A DNA stretch of 64,000 nt from an uncultured delta proteobacterium (GTDB lineage: Bacteria > Myxococcota_A > Polyangia > Polyangiales > Polyangiaceae), in the NCBI GenBank assembly GCA_963841435.1, contig CAWJCS010000006.1, positions 896,001-960,000 on the forward strand, in the 5' to 3' direction. This document shows, in pieces, positions 1-9,493 of the stretch; position 1 is the first letter of the stretch; every line of letters starts with the position of its first letter. The position numbers and the translations under genes are program-made. The notes beneath the pieces were generated by a model. It was not told the origin of the DNA, made no database searches, and saw nothing but the letters and a program-made list of their open reading frames with translations.

Positions 1-398
1 GAGTGCGCACCGAACCGGCTGTCGCCGGGAGTTTTCACGAGGAAGTCAGGGCGCCCGAGCCAAGTGCCGTCGAACAGGACGCCCTGGTAGATGACGTCGG
101 CGCCCGCCTGCATCGCGGCTTCGGTGGCCTGCGCGGCTGCCGCGTTGCTCACCTCGGATGATCCGGGCTGTCTCGGAATGGTGACGACGTCGCGACCCTC
201 CGTGCGGTAGTGCGCGAGGACGCTGGCCTCGTGCTCGACGCCGCGCAGCTCGAGCATCTTGCGCTCCAGCTCGTTCTCACCGGGCCGCGTGAGTTTCCCT
301 TCAGCGACCCCGAGATCGAGCAGCGTGCGGTGGGTGCACTCGGAGAAGGCGCTGAGGTCGCTCGGGGAGAGGACGAGGTGGGAGGAGGAGAGGTGCAT
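1..398 (-). CDS. TM0106-family RecB-like putative nuclease, 5' part (runs off the window)
   Basis: Not in the ORF track. Manual translation from CAT at 396-398: MHLSSSHLVLSPSDLSAFSECTHRTLLDL...RGVEHE...AMQAGADVIYQGVLFDGTWLGRPDFLVK...SRFGAH. The SPSDL..C, ADVIYQG and GRPDFL motifs are typical of this family. Confidence 0.85.
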   Translation of the reverse strand, partial: MHLSSSHLVLSPSDLSAFSECTHRTLLDLGVAEGKLTRPGENELERKMLELRGVEHEASVLAHYRTEGRDVVTIPRQPGSSEVSNAAAAQATEAAMQAGADVIYQGVLFDGTWLGRPDFLVKTPGDSRFGAH

Positions 399-549
399 GA
401 GCGCGCCGCTAGATCGGAACGATATGCTGGATCTTTGCGCAGTCTGCCACCACTGAAATTCCGATCACCCTCCACAAATTCGCAGTAATAAAATACTGGG
501 ACTTCGCTTGACACGCTGAACAGCCGTAGCCACCTTTCGGGCGCTTACC

Positions 550-1012
550 GGCACTCCGGCTGGTCGGGTCCGTCAGGGGCGCTGAACCGGGCGACGGGTG
601 CGAAGGAACCCTCTCGAAGGGAACCGGTCGGGGCGAGGCTCTCCGGAGTCTTCCCGCGGAAGGCGCCTGCCGCACGGGTGAACTGAATCAAGCCGGAGGC
701 TCTCGGTCATATGGCTCCCATCGAACGGCTACCAAGCATTCTTCTCCCTCGGCAGGGGAGGCTCGTTGCGTTCCTCACTTCCGTCACGTTTCGCCCCACG
801 GTGAGCGCGGAGGAAGTCGCGTGACTCCGTCCGTATGCAAAAACGTGTCGGGGTCGATGACCGCGGAAATGCTCGTGCATGCAAAAAAAACGTGCCGAGC
901 CCGAGGAGGGCGCGAGGCTCGTCGGATACGTCATCATTGCTCTGGCACTCCGACTGGTCGGGTCCACAATGGGCGCTGAACCGGGCGACGGGTGCGAAGG
1001 AACCCTCTCGAA
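550..1012 (+). repeat. 69-bp imperfect direct repeat, two copies (550-618 and 944-1012)
   Basis: GGCACTCCG(G/A)CTGGTCGGGTCC-N5-GGGCGCTGAACCGGGCGACGGGTGCGAAGGAACCCTCTCGAA. Ungapped alignment gives 64/69 identity, and the last 42 bp are identical. Confidence 0.95.
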
Positions 1013-1415
1013 TGCGAACGCTCGCCTGAACGTTCAGCGCTGGCCCGTCCATGGCGTGCAGACCAGCGGCCCGAGCTTCGCAGGTGACGCCGCATACGAA
1101 ACGGCACGTCTCGTTCGCCACGCTCGAGACGCGGCGGCTCAGCTTTCCCAAGTCGACGCACCCGGCTTCGTGGTCATCGCGCGCGAGGAGAGCGGCCTTG
1201 CGCCAAATCACCTACCGCGAATACTCGAAGCCTTGCGAGCGGCAGATGACCGTCACGTACGGCGAGTAGCGGGATTGGTCGTGTACGATGTCCAGCCAAC
1301 AAGGTCCACGCTGGTGTCGGAAGCCCGTTTCTTCATTCGCGCGAACGCTCGGCTCCTTGCGCGTCAGCTGCGATCGCTTCGACGTGGCGGGGCGGTGAGG
1401 TTCAGCTTCTTTTGA
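969..1415 (+). CDS. hypothetical protein or gene fragment; ATG lies inside repeat copy 2
   Basis: Open frame (track 879..1415). The C-terminal half (GFVVIARE...VAGLVVYDV) looks protein-like, but no family was recognised. Confidence 0.3.
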   Translation: MGAEPGDGCEGTLSNANARLNVQRWPVHGVQTSGPSFAGDAAYETARLVRHARDAAAQLSQVDAPGFVVIAREESGLAPNHLPRILEALRAADDRHVRRVAGLVVYDVQPTRSTLVSEARFFIRANARLLARQLRSLRRGGAVRFSFF

Positions 1416-1452
1416 GCCAGCAGAGGTCAAGGCGCTTTGCGGACTGCCCGAG

Positions 1453-2442
1453 GTGCTCCGTCGGCTGGGCCGGTTCGGCCTTTTCGACCTGTATCTCAAC
1501 GTCATTCGGCCGCGCGACATCCTCGGCTGGCGCTCGGAAATGGCTCGGCTGGTGAAGGACGGGACGTACTCGCCCGGCACCGCGAACACGGACCTGTCCG
1601 TGCTCAAGGTGATCTTTCGCCACGCCAAGCTCGACTTCGAGCTTTCGAGCAACCCCGCGGCGGACATCCCGCCGTTCGACACGTCGCAGCACCGGACGTA
1701 CACGCGAGAGCAGCCAAACTCGCTCAAGGCGTCCGAGCTTCGGGATTTTCTCGCGTGCCTGCGCGAGCGCTTCCCGCAGCACTTCGCCATGTCGTTCACG
1801 GGCTTCGTGACGGGGCTTCGACCCTCCAGCCTTCGGCCGCTCCGCCGTGCGGGCGATACGCCCGACGTACTCTGGGACGAGCGCGTCCTCTTGGTGCGTC
1901 GGTCGCATACGTTCGGCGAGGTGACGATGGTCGGCACGAAGACCGGCGTGGATCTCGAGATCACGGTGCCGGAGGAGCTTTGCGACGTGCTCAGGTGGCA
2001 CGTGGCGACGCAGCTCCAGACGGAAGCGCAGAGGCAGTCCGAGCTCTTGTTCCCCTCGGAAACGGGCGGGTTCAGGGCGAGGACGGTGCTCGACAAGCCG
2101 TTCACGGAAGTGGCGAAGGCCATCGGCTTGAAGAAGCGCATCACGGCGCGGGCCATGCGGCGGACCTTTCAGGATCTCTGCCGCGAAGCCCGCGTAGCCA
2201 ACGTCGTCGCCCGCTCCATCTGCGGGCATGCGACGGAGGCGATGCAGCGGCGCTACAGCACCGTGAGCGGCACCGAGCAGGCGGACGGACTCGCGAGGGT
2301 CATCCGGCTGTTCGAGGCTGCGCCCCAGAAGCTCCCCGCATCGAGTGGGGAGGGAAGTGGGGAGGGTGCGTCCGAGGCACCCACGGTCAACGAGGTGCCA
2401 GGCTCCCAGCCCTCGTCGCCCGATCGTTCCAAGCTCGCGTAA
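1453..2442 (+). pseudogene. tyrosine recombinase/integrase, probably N-terminally truncated
   Basis: Catalytic motifs TGLRPSSL, K (GTKTG), TARAMRRTF, CGH and RRY. In-frame TGA at 1396-1398 and no RBS before the GTG. Lies tail-to-tail with the tRNA-Gly 3' end. Confidence 0.8.
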
Positions 2443-2449
2443 TGGAACG

Positions 2450-2480
2450 AAAAAAGCCGGCCCTCGTCGAGGCCGGCTTT
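2450..2480 (-). terminator. intrinsic terminator of tRNA-Gly (possibly bidirectional)
   Basis: AAAGCCGGCC-ctcgtcga-GGCCGGCTTT hairpin with A6 on the left, giving a U-tract on the minus strand. Confidence 0.85.
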
Positions 2481-2483
2481 CGG

Positions 2484-2555
2484 AGCGGGAGAAGGGATTC
2501 GAACCCTCAACGTCCACCTTGGCAAGGTGGCACTCTACCGCTGAGTTACTCCCGC
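2484..2555 (-). tRNA. tRNA-Gly(GCC), CCA not encoded
   Basis: GCGGGAGTAACTCAGCGGTAGAGTGCCACCTTGCCAAGGTGGACGTTGAGGGTTCGAATCCCTTCTCCCGCT folds as a cloverleaf. Confidence 0.97.
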
Positions 2556-2570
2556 GAAAGAGCGGCCGAC

Positions 2571-2599
2571 CGTGTACCTCCCGGGTCCCTTAGTGTCAA
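2571..2599 (-). promoter_or_regulatory. sigma70-type promoter of tRNA-Gly
   Basis: TTGACA-17 bp-TACACG ending 15 nt upstream of the tRNA. Confidence 0.65.
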
Positions 2600-2664
2600 G
2601 GCGCCGGGCCTTTTGGGGGTGGAGCTGGGAGGGGGTCGGGTGAGGCCGGCCCCCGGGCGCTCGG

Positions 2665-4428
2665 TCACTCCGCGAAGGGGTTCGGGGCGAGGGTCGTCTT
2701 GCCCTCGGGCTTTCCGGCCTTCGAGGCGGTGGGCGCCTGCTCGACGGGCTCGGGGGCGGGAGCGTCCTCTTCCAGCACGATCTTTTCGGGCTTCACGCCG
2801 GCGGAGGACATGGCGGCGCGGTCGGCGGCGGCTTCGGCCTCGGCCTGGGAGAGGCCGCGCTTCTTGGCGCTGGCAGCCGAGACGAGACCCACGACGATGC
2901 GAGGTTTCGATCCGTCAACGCGGATGGTTCGCGTGACGTAGCCCGGGCGCGAGATCCTCACGATCTTGAAAGCGTGGGGTGGCACCTCCACCGTGACCGG
3001 CATCATGCCAAGGTCGGCGTCGCCCTCGAGCACGTGCGCGTCGAGCGGGAACGTGACGAGCGCGACTTTGTTCACGATGGCCGCCGGGGCCGGCGTTTCC
3101 GCGGTGGCCGTCGGTGCGGGCGAGGGCGCAGGTGGCGGCGCGGGCGCTATTGCCGTTTCCGCGCGGGGCTCGGGCTTTTCAGGGTGGAGCAGCGAGCGGA
3201 GCTGGTCACGCAGCAGGAAAGCGCCGGCAGCGACCCCGAGGACGACGCCGAACCCGACCGTGCCGCGAATGACCCAGCGGCGGCGTCGGTCGCCCGCGCG
3301 GAGCTCGCGGAAGTCGGTGTCGCCCTTGAGCTCGTCGATCATCGACTCCGTGGCGTTGTCCGTGCCGGACGCCGGCGGCGCGACGAGTGGGACGCCGCCC
3401 GCTGCAATGCGCTCGAGTGCGGCGCGCACGTCGTCCATCGTCGAGAAGCGCTCTTCGGGATCCTTCGCGAGGCACTTGTTGACCACTGACTCGAAGCCCT
3501 GGGGGAGCGCTCGACCCTTCGGCATGCGCTTTCTGAGCGGCGGCGGATCGTCCGTCACTTGCATCGAGATCACGGCGAGCGGGTTTTCGGCGTCGAACGG
3601 CACCTTGCCGCACGCCATCTCGTAGAGCATCACGCCGAGCGAATAGACGTCGGTGCGCGCGTCGGTACGCGCGCCGGTCGCTTGCTCGGGCGACATGTAG
3701 TGCGGCGTGCCGATCACGGAGCCGACCGCCGTGAGCTTCTGACTGCTGCTCATCACTTTCGCGATGCCGAAATCCAGGATCTTCACGAAGGAGCCGTCCT
3801 CCGACTCGAGGAGGAAAATGTTGTCGGGCTTGAGGTCACGGTGGACGACGCCGACGGCGTGGGCGGCCCCGAGCGCCTCGGCGATCTGGATGCTGACGTG
3901 GACCGCTTCGTCGATGGGCAGACCACCCTGGCGGTCCATCGACTCGCCGAGCGTGAGACCCTCGAGGTGCTCCATGACGATGTACGTCGCCCCGTCCGGG
4001 AGCTTGCCGAAGTCCTGCACCTCGACGATGTGCTTGCTCCCGATGGCGGACGCGGCCTGCGCCTCGGTGAGGAACCGCCCGACCGACTCGTCGTCCTGCG
4101 CGAGGTCCTGGCGGATGATCTTCAGAGCAACCGTCCGGCCGAGCACCGTGTGGCGGCAGCGGTAGACCAGGCCCATCGACCCGACGCCGAGCAGCCGCTC
4201 CACTTGATAACGCTCGGCGATGACCTTGCCGAGGTAGGGGTCGGACGCTGGCTGGCTAGGGGGTGCCGGCTCGATGACGAGCGGGACGTCGAACCCCTCC
4301 TGGGCAGCGCCGTCCACCTGCTTGGGGCGGCGCTGGGTCGTGTGAGGGGCCGTAGCGACCTCGTCCGGCAGGAGCTCTTGTGCTTGCGTGCCGTCGCTGT
4401 CGTCACTCGCGGCGTCACCGTGGGCCAT
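2665..4428 (-). CDS. Hanks-type Ser/Thr protein kinase with TM segment and PEGA-like C-terminal domain
   Basis: [54 protein letters not shown]-like VTFPLDAHV..DLGMMPV..SRPGY; ends APNPFAE. Confidence 0.93.
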   Translation of the reverse strand: MAHGDAASDDSDGTQAQELLPDEVATAPHTTQRRPKQVDGAAQEGFDVPLVIEPAPPSQPASDPYLGKVIAERYQVERLLGVGSMGLVYRCRHTVLGRTVALKIIRQDLAQDDESVGRFLTEAQAASAIGSKHIVEVQDFGKLPDGATYIVMEHLEGLTLGESMDRQGGLPIDEAVHVSIQIAEALGAAHAVGVVHRDLKPDNIFLLESEDGSFVKILDFGIAKVMSSSQKLTAVGSVIGTPHYMSPEQATGARTDARTDVYSLGVMLYEMACGKVPFDAENPLAVISMQVTDDPPPLRKRMPKGRALPQGFESVVNKCLAKDPEERFSTMDDVRAALERIAAGGVPLVAPPASGTDNATESMIDELKGDTDFRELRAGDRRRRWVIRGTVGFGVVLGVAAGAFLLRDQLRSLLHPEKPEPRAETAIAPAPPPAPSPAPTATAETPAPAAIVNKVALVTFPLDAHVLEGDADLGMMPVTVEVPPHAFKIVRISRPGYVTRTIRVDGSKPRIVVGLVSAASAKKRGLSQAEAEAAADRAAMSSAGVKPEKIVLEEDAPAPEPVEQAPTASKAGKPEGKTTLAPNPFAE

Positions 4429-4622
4429 CGGTTGCCCCTGAAGATGCCACCGAATTGCCCGCGCCTCAACCGGCAAGGCTTTGAAAAATGAACGATTCCC
4501 GATATTAAGATCGTTTGTCGGCCGATCGCCCGGTGGCGGCACGGCGTGTCCGCCCCGAGCCAGCTCGGCTTGCGCGACCAAGTCCGGGCTCAAGGATCCG
4601 TGACAAGGTGTGGCCCCAGTCG

Positions 4623-5759
4623 ATGCTCGCAGAGAAGCTCGCGTTGCTCGTGATGGTGTTTAGCGTGGCGGCCTGCTCCCGGGCTTCGGCCACTCGCGAG
4701 CAGCAGCCGGCGAAGAAGGCGGGCGCGGTGGTCTTCCCCGTCGAGGTCCGGACGGTGAAAAAGGAGAGCGTCGAGTACCGCATCAAGGCGGTAGGGGGCG
4801 TCGAGGCGTTCGAGAACGTTCAGGTCACGTCGCGCGTCGCCGGCGTTGCCGAAACCCTGCACTTCAAGGAAGGCGACGAGGTCAAGCAGGGCGCGTTGCT
4901 CGTCGAGATCGAGCCCGAGCGGTTTCGGCTCGCGGTCGCCTCGGCACAGGGCGCACTCGCCCGCGTGCAGGCGGCCCGCACCGAGGCGGAACGCGAGCTC
5001 GAGCGGGCGCAGAAGCTAGCGTCCGAGGGCGTCTCGACGGGCGCCGTCGTGAGCAACTGGCAGACGAAGCTGGCGACGGCCGAGGCCCAGGCGTCGGAGG
5101 CACGCGCGGCTCTCGGGGTTGCGGCGCTCAATCTGCGAGACGCGCGTCTCAAGGCCCCTGTCGCCGGGCTGATCCAGAGCCGCAGCGTCCAGACCGGCCA
5201 ATACGTGCAGCCCGGCACGGTGATCGCGACGCTGATCCGCCGTGACCCGTTGCTCTTGCGCTTCAAGGTGACAGAACCCGAGGCGGGGCGCCTCGCGCTC
5301 GGTATGAAGACCGATTTCACGGTCTCGGGCAGTGCCACGCCCCACCACGCGACCATCACCTTCATCGCTGGCGCCGCGGAGCAGAGCTCTCGCATGGTGG
5401 CCGTCGTGGCGGAGGTTGCTGACGACCCGGGCCTGCGTCCGGGGGCGTTCGCGGAGGTCGCCGTGGGTGTCGGCCGGAACGACGCTGCGCTCGCGATTCC
5501 CGAGACGGCCATTCGTCCGACCGAGCGGGGCTTCATCGCGTTCGTCGTCGATGGCGACGTTGCGCACGAACGCATCGTCGAGCTCGGCCTCCGGACCCCC
5601 GACGGCCTCGTCGAAGTGACGCGCGGCCTCGCCGCGGGCGAGTCACTCGTCATCCGCGGCGGCGAGGCACTGAAAGAGGGGGCGAAGGTTCGCCTGGGAG
5701 GGCAGGGGACGGTCGGTGTGCCGTCCGGCTCCGCGGTGCCGGCGCGGAGCGCCCCGTGA
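4623..5759 (+). CDS. RND efflux periplasmic adaptor (MFP) subunit
   Basis: Lipobox-like VAAC, lipoyl half-motifs (FKEGDEVKQG, LKAPVAG), alpha-hairpin and LRPGAFA. Stop overlaps the next gene's start. Confidence 0.92.
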   Translation: MLAEKLALLVMVFSVAACSRASATREQQPAKKAGAVVFPVEVRTVKKESVEYRIKAVGGVEAFENVQVTSRVAGVAETLHFKEGDEVKQGALLVEIEPERFRLAVASAQGALARVQAARTEAERELERAQKLASEGVSTGAVVSNWQTKLATAEAQASEARAALGVAALNLRDARLKAPVAGLIQSRSVQTGQYVQPGTVIATLIRRDPLLLRFKVTEPEAGRLALGMKTDFTVSGSATPHHATITFIAGAAEQSSRMVAVVAEVADDPGLRPGAFAEVAVGVGRNDAALAIPETAIRPTERGFIAFVVDGDVAHERIVELGLRTPDGLVEVTRGLAAGESLVIRGGEALKEGAKVRLGGQGTVGVPSGSAVPARSAP

Positions 5760-8700
5760 CCATCACCGAGGTTTGCGTTCGGCGGCCCGTGCTCGCCTGG
5801 ATGCTCATGGCGGCGACCATCGTTTTCGGCGTGGTCGCGGCCCAGCGCATCGGCGTGAGCCAGATGCCGGACGTCGACTTCCCGACGATCAGCGTGAACG
5901 TGACGCGCGAGGGCGCGGCGCCCGAGGTGATCGAGAACGACGTCGTGGAGGTGCTCGAGGACGCGCTTTCCCAGGTCGAAGGCGTAAAATCGCTGACGGC
6001 GGTCGCCAGGCAGGGCAACGCGCAGATCACGGTCGAGCTCGACATCTCGCGCGACGTCGACCTCGCGCTGCAGGACGTCCAGACGAAGATCGCCCAGGCG
6101 CAGCGCATGCTGCCGAAGGACCTCGATCCGCCGATCGTTTCGAAGACGAACCCCGAGGACCAGCCGATCATGTGGATCGCGGTGTCCGGTCCGTTCAAGC
6201 GCCAGGCCGTCACCGACTACGCGCGCTACCAGGTGCGCGAGCGCTTGCAGACGGTGCCGGGCGTCGGCGAAATCATGATGGGCGGCCACATCGACCGGAA
6301 CGTCCGTGTGTGGCTCGACGCGGTGCGCATGGACACCCGCGGCGTGACCGTGCCGGACGTTATGAACGCCCTCGACCGCGAGCACATCGAGCTGCCCGCC
6401 GGTCGCATCGAGACCGAGGGGCGCGAGATCGACGTGCGCGTGCTCGGTGAGGCGCTGAGCCTCGCGGATCTCAGGCGCATCGTCGTGCGCAAGCCCGGCG
6501 GCACGCCCGTCTACCTCGAGGACGTGGCGCTCGTGGAGGACGGCTTCGCCGACATCCGGAGCATCGCGCGCGCCAACGGTCAGACGGCCCAGGGCCTCGG
6601 CATCAAGAAGCAGCGTGGTGCCAACACCGTGGCCGTGGCGCGCGCGGTCCGCGAAAAGCTCGGTGAAATCAAGAAGGATCTGCCGGACGGCATGCGCGCG
6701 GACGTGAACTTCGATTCGTCCGGCTTCGTCGAAAGCTCCGTCGCCGACATCGAGCACGAGCTCGGCCTCGCCGTCATCTTGACGGCGCTCGTGTGCTGGA
6801 TGTTCTTGGGCTCGTTCAGCAGCACGCTCAACGTCGTGCTCGCCATCCCGATGAGCCTTTTCGGGACCCTCGCGGTGATCTACTTCCTGGGCTTCACGCT
6901 GAACACGTTCAGCCTGCTCGCGATGGCGCTCGCCGTCGGCATCGTCGTCGACGACGCCATCATGGTGATGGAGAACATCTTCCGTCATCACGACGAGGGT
7001 AAGGGTGCCGTGGAGGCCGCCATCGAAGGGACGCACGAGATCCGCTTCGCGGCGCTCGCCGCGACGGTGGCGATCATCGCCATCTTTTCGCCCGTGGTGT
7101 TCATGCAGGGCATCATCGGCAAATTCTTCTTTCAGTTCGGCGTGACGCTCTCGCTCGCCGTCGCCTTCTCGTACGTGGAGGCCATCACGCTCGCGCCGGC
7201 ACGTTGTGCGCAGTTCTTGGCGGGCAGGGGCGAGACCCAGCGCTCGCGCGTCGGGCGCTTCGTCGACGCCGGCTTCGACGGTCTGAGGCGCGGCTACGCG
7301 CGGGCCCTGCGCTTCGGTTTGCGCCGCCCCGCGGTCGTGCTGCTCGTCGCGCTCGGTGTGCTCGCGGGAGCGATCCAGGTCTTCCGCGCGCTACCGAGCG
7401 AGTTCGTGCCCTCGCAGGACCAGAGCCGCCTCATGGTTCGCCTGCAGACGGCCGTCGGCGCGAGCATCGACGAGATGGACGGCCTCATGCACGAGGTGGA
7501 GCGTGACGTTGCGTCCCACTCCGAGGTGAAACGCTTCTTCGCGGTCACGGGCGGCTTCGGCGGAGCCGGCGTGAACAACGGCATCGTCTTCATGACACTC
7601 GTCGATCGGCGCGAGCGCAAGCTGAGCCAGACCGAGTTCATGGGCGTGTTGCGCCGCGAGCTCAACTCGATTCCCGGTATCCGCGCCGTCGTGATGGACC
7701 TTTCGCAGCAGGGCTTCAGCGCGAAGCGCGGCTTCCCCGTCGAGTTCTCCGTGCGAGGTAGCGATTGGGGGCGACTCGTTGACGCCGCTGACGTTGCCCG
7801 TCGCGAGATCGGCGACTCCGGCACCGTCGTCGACGTCGACACGGACTACCAGCTCGGCATGCCCGAGCTGCGCGTCGAACCCGACCGCGCCCGCATCGCG
7901 GACCTCGGGCTCGCCGTCGACGACGTGGCGCAGGCCGTGAACGTGCTCGTGGGGGGCGTGCGCGCGGGCAAGTTCAACAGCGGGGGGCGCCGCATCGACG
8001 TGCGCGTCCGGCTGCTCGCCGATCAGCGCGCGCGCCCCGAGAGCCTCGGCCACCTGAAGCTTCGCACCGCGACGGGCGATCTCGTGCCCCTCTCGATGCT
8101 GATCCGCCAGGAGGAACGTCCTGCGCCCCAGTCGATCACCCGTCTCGATCGCGAGCGCGCGATCGGCATCTTCGGTAACATCGCTCCAGGCAGCTCCCAG
8201 GACAAGGCGCTCGCGGTGGCGGAGGCAATCGGTCAGCACATGCCGAACGGCACGCGGTTGGTGCTCGGTGGCTCGAGCGTCGCTTTTCGCGAATCGATGC
8301 AGAGCCTGCTGTTCGCGCTCGTGCTCGGCATCATCGTCGCCTACATGGTGCTGGCGGCGCAGTTCAACTCGCTTTTGCATCCCCTGACGGTGCTCACCAT
8401 CTTGCCGCTCTCGATCGCGGGAGCGGCGTTTGGGCTTTGGGCGGGCGGGCAGTCGCTCAATATCTTCAGCATGATCGGCGTCCTGTTGCTGATGGGGATC
8501 GCCAAGAAGAACTCCATCATCCTCGTCGATTACGCGAATCGAAAGCGCGAGGAGGGTCTCGACGCGCGAGCCGCCATGCTCGCGGCGGGGCCCGTGAGGC
8601 TCCGCCCCATCGTGATGACGTCGATGGCCACGCTGATGGCGGCTGTCCCGGCGGCGCTCGGTCTCGGCGAGGGGTCCGAGACGCGCGTTCCCATGGCCAC

Positions 8701-8863
8701 GGCCGTGATCGGCGGCCTCATCCTGTCCACGACGCTGAGCCTGCTCGTCGTGCCGGCGTTTTACGTGCTCGGTGACGCCGCGAAATCCCGGCTTCGGCGG
8801 CTCCTCTCTGGGCGGCGCGATCCCGCGGTCCCCCCCCTTGCGCGACCTTCGTCGCGTGCCTAG
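5756..8863 (+). CDS. RND efflux permease (AcrB/MdtB family)
   Basis: 1035 aa; GIVVDDAIMVMEN, KNSIILVD, RLRPIVMT. Confidence 0.95.
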   Translation: MTITEVCVRRPVLAWMLMAATIVFGVVAAQRIGVSQMPDVDFPTISVNVTREGAAPEVIENDVVEVLEDALSQVEGVKSLTAVARQGNAQITVELDISRDVDLALQDVQTKIAQAQRMLPKDLDPPIVSKTNPEDQPIMWIAVSGPFKRQAVTDYARYQVRERLQTVPGVGEIMMGGHIDRNVRVWLDAVRMDTRGVTVPDVMNALDREHIELPAGRIETEGREIDVRVLGEALSLADLRRIVVRKPGGTPVYLEDVALVEDGFADIRSIARANGQTAQGLGIKKQRGANTVAVARAVREKLGEIKKDLPDGMRADVNFDSSGFVESSVADIEHELGLAVILTALVCWMFLGSFSSTLNVVLAIPMSLFGTLAVIYFLGFTLNTFSLLAMALAVGIVVDDAIMVMENIFRHHDEGKGAVEAAIEGTHEIRFAALAATVAIIAIFSPVVFMQGIIGKFFFQFGVTLSLAVAFSYVEAITLAPARCAQFLAGRGETQRSRVGRFVDAGFDGLRRGYARALRFGLRRPAVVLLVALGVLAGAIQVFRALPSEFVPSQDQSRLMVRLQTAVGASIDEMDGLMHEVERDVASHSEVKRFFAVTGGFGGAGVNNGIVFMTLVDRRERKLSQTEFMGVLRRELNSIPGIRAVVMDLSQQGFSAKRGFPVEFSVRGSDWGRLVDAADVARREIGDSGTVVDVDTDYQLGMPELRVEPDRARIADLGLAVDDVAQAVNVLVGGVRAGKFNSGGRRIDVRVRLLADQRARPESLGHLKLRTATGDLVPLSMLIRQEERPAPQSITRLDRERAIGIFGNIAPGSSQDKALAVAEAIGQHMPNGTRLVLGGSSVAFRESMQSLLFALVLGIIVAYMVLAAQFNSLLHPLTVLTILPLSIAGAAFGLWAGGQSLNIFSMIGVLLLMGIAKKNSIILVDYANRKREEGLDARAAMLAAGPVRLRPIVMTSMATLMAAVPAALGLGEGSETRVPMATAVIGGLILSTTLSLLVVPAFYVLGDAAKSRLRRLLSGRRDPAVPPLARPSSRA

Positions 8864-9022
8864 TTTGCCAGGGTCCGGGCGACGGCGCGGGCGGTAACGG
8901 TCTCTGCTCGAGTGCCTATCGGGCGAGTCGGCACCGTTCGGCGGCGGTCGAGGCTGGCGGGTGCAGCGTGCGCTCGCACGCCCGCACGGGCGAGGCTTTG
9001 TCCCGGCAAGGAGGATACGGAA

Positions 9023-9481
9023 ATGTTGGTTCGATTCGGAGATATGGATGGTTTTTCGAGGTTTGGCCTGGCCCGAGGGTTCCCCTTGGACGACCTGAGG
9101 CGCGAGATGGATCGCTTGCTGTTCGATTTCGAACGTGGCGCGCCCGCCGAGCCCGAGGGCTGGCCGAAGATCTCGGCCGAGGACCGCGGCGAGGCTCTGT
9201 TCGTTCGGGCCGAGGTCCCCGGCCTCACCGACAAGGACATCGAGCTCACGGCGACGGCCACGAGCTTCAGCCTGCGCGGTGAGCGCAAGGTCGAGGCGCC
9301 CGAGGGCTACGCCACGCATCGCGGTGAGCGGCGCGGTTTCCGCTTCGCCCGCACGTTCAATCTCGGCACCAAGATCGATCCGGAGCGCGTCGCTGCGTCG
9401 CTCGAGAACGGCGTGCTCACCGTGACCCTGCCCAAGGCGGCCGAGGCCAAGCCGAAGCAGATCACCGTCAAGGCGAGCTGA
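9023..9481 (+). CDS. Hsp20/alpha-crystallin small heat shock protein
   Basis: AAGGAGG RBS; AEVPGL, ERR..F.RTFNL, ASLENGVLTVTLPK. Confidence 0.93.
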   Translation: MLVRFGDMDGFSRFGLARGFPLDDLRREMDRLLFDFERGAPAEPEGWPKISAEDRGEALFVRAEVPGLTDKDIELTATATSFSLRGERKVEAPEGYATHRGERRGFRFARTFNLGTKIDPERVAASLENGVLTVTLPKAAEAKPKQITVKAS

Positions 9482-9493
9482 AGGAGAAGCGCC

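Larger units (their letters stand above)
1..2484. mobile_element. right end of an integrative element/genomic island at tRNA-Gly
   Basis: Integrase abuts the tRNA 3' end, with nuclease cargo and repeats. The other att copy is not in the window. Confidence 0.7.

Noticed and set aside
601-618. GAACCCTC shared between the 69-bp repeat and the tRNA-Gly T-arm, as a possible attL/attR
   Set aside because: Only an 8-nt match with unrelated flanks; a true att copy should reproduce the tRNA 3' end.
635-920. GAGGCTC recurring at 61-62 bp spacing as a possible degenerate CRISPR array
   Set aside because: Shared motif is only 7-9 bp, periodicity holds for three copies only, and no cas genes are visible.
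2615-2640. G-quadruplex-like tract upstream of the tRNA-Gly promoter
   Set aside because: Such tracts are frequent at this GC content; no independent support.
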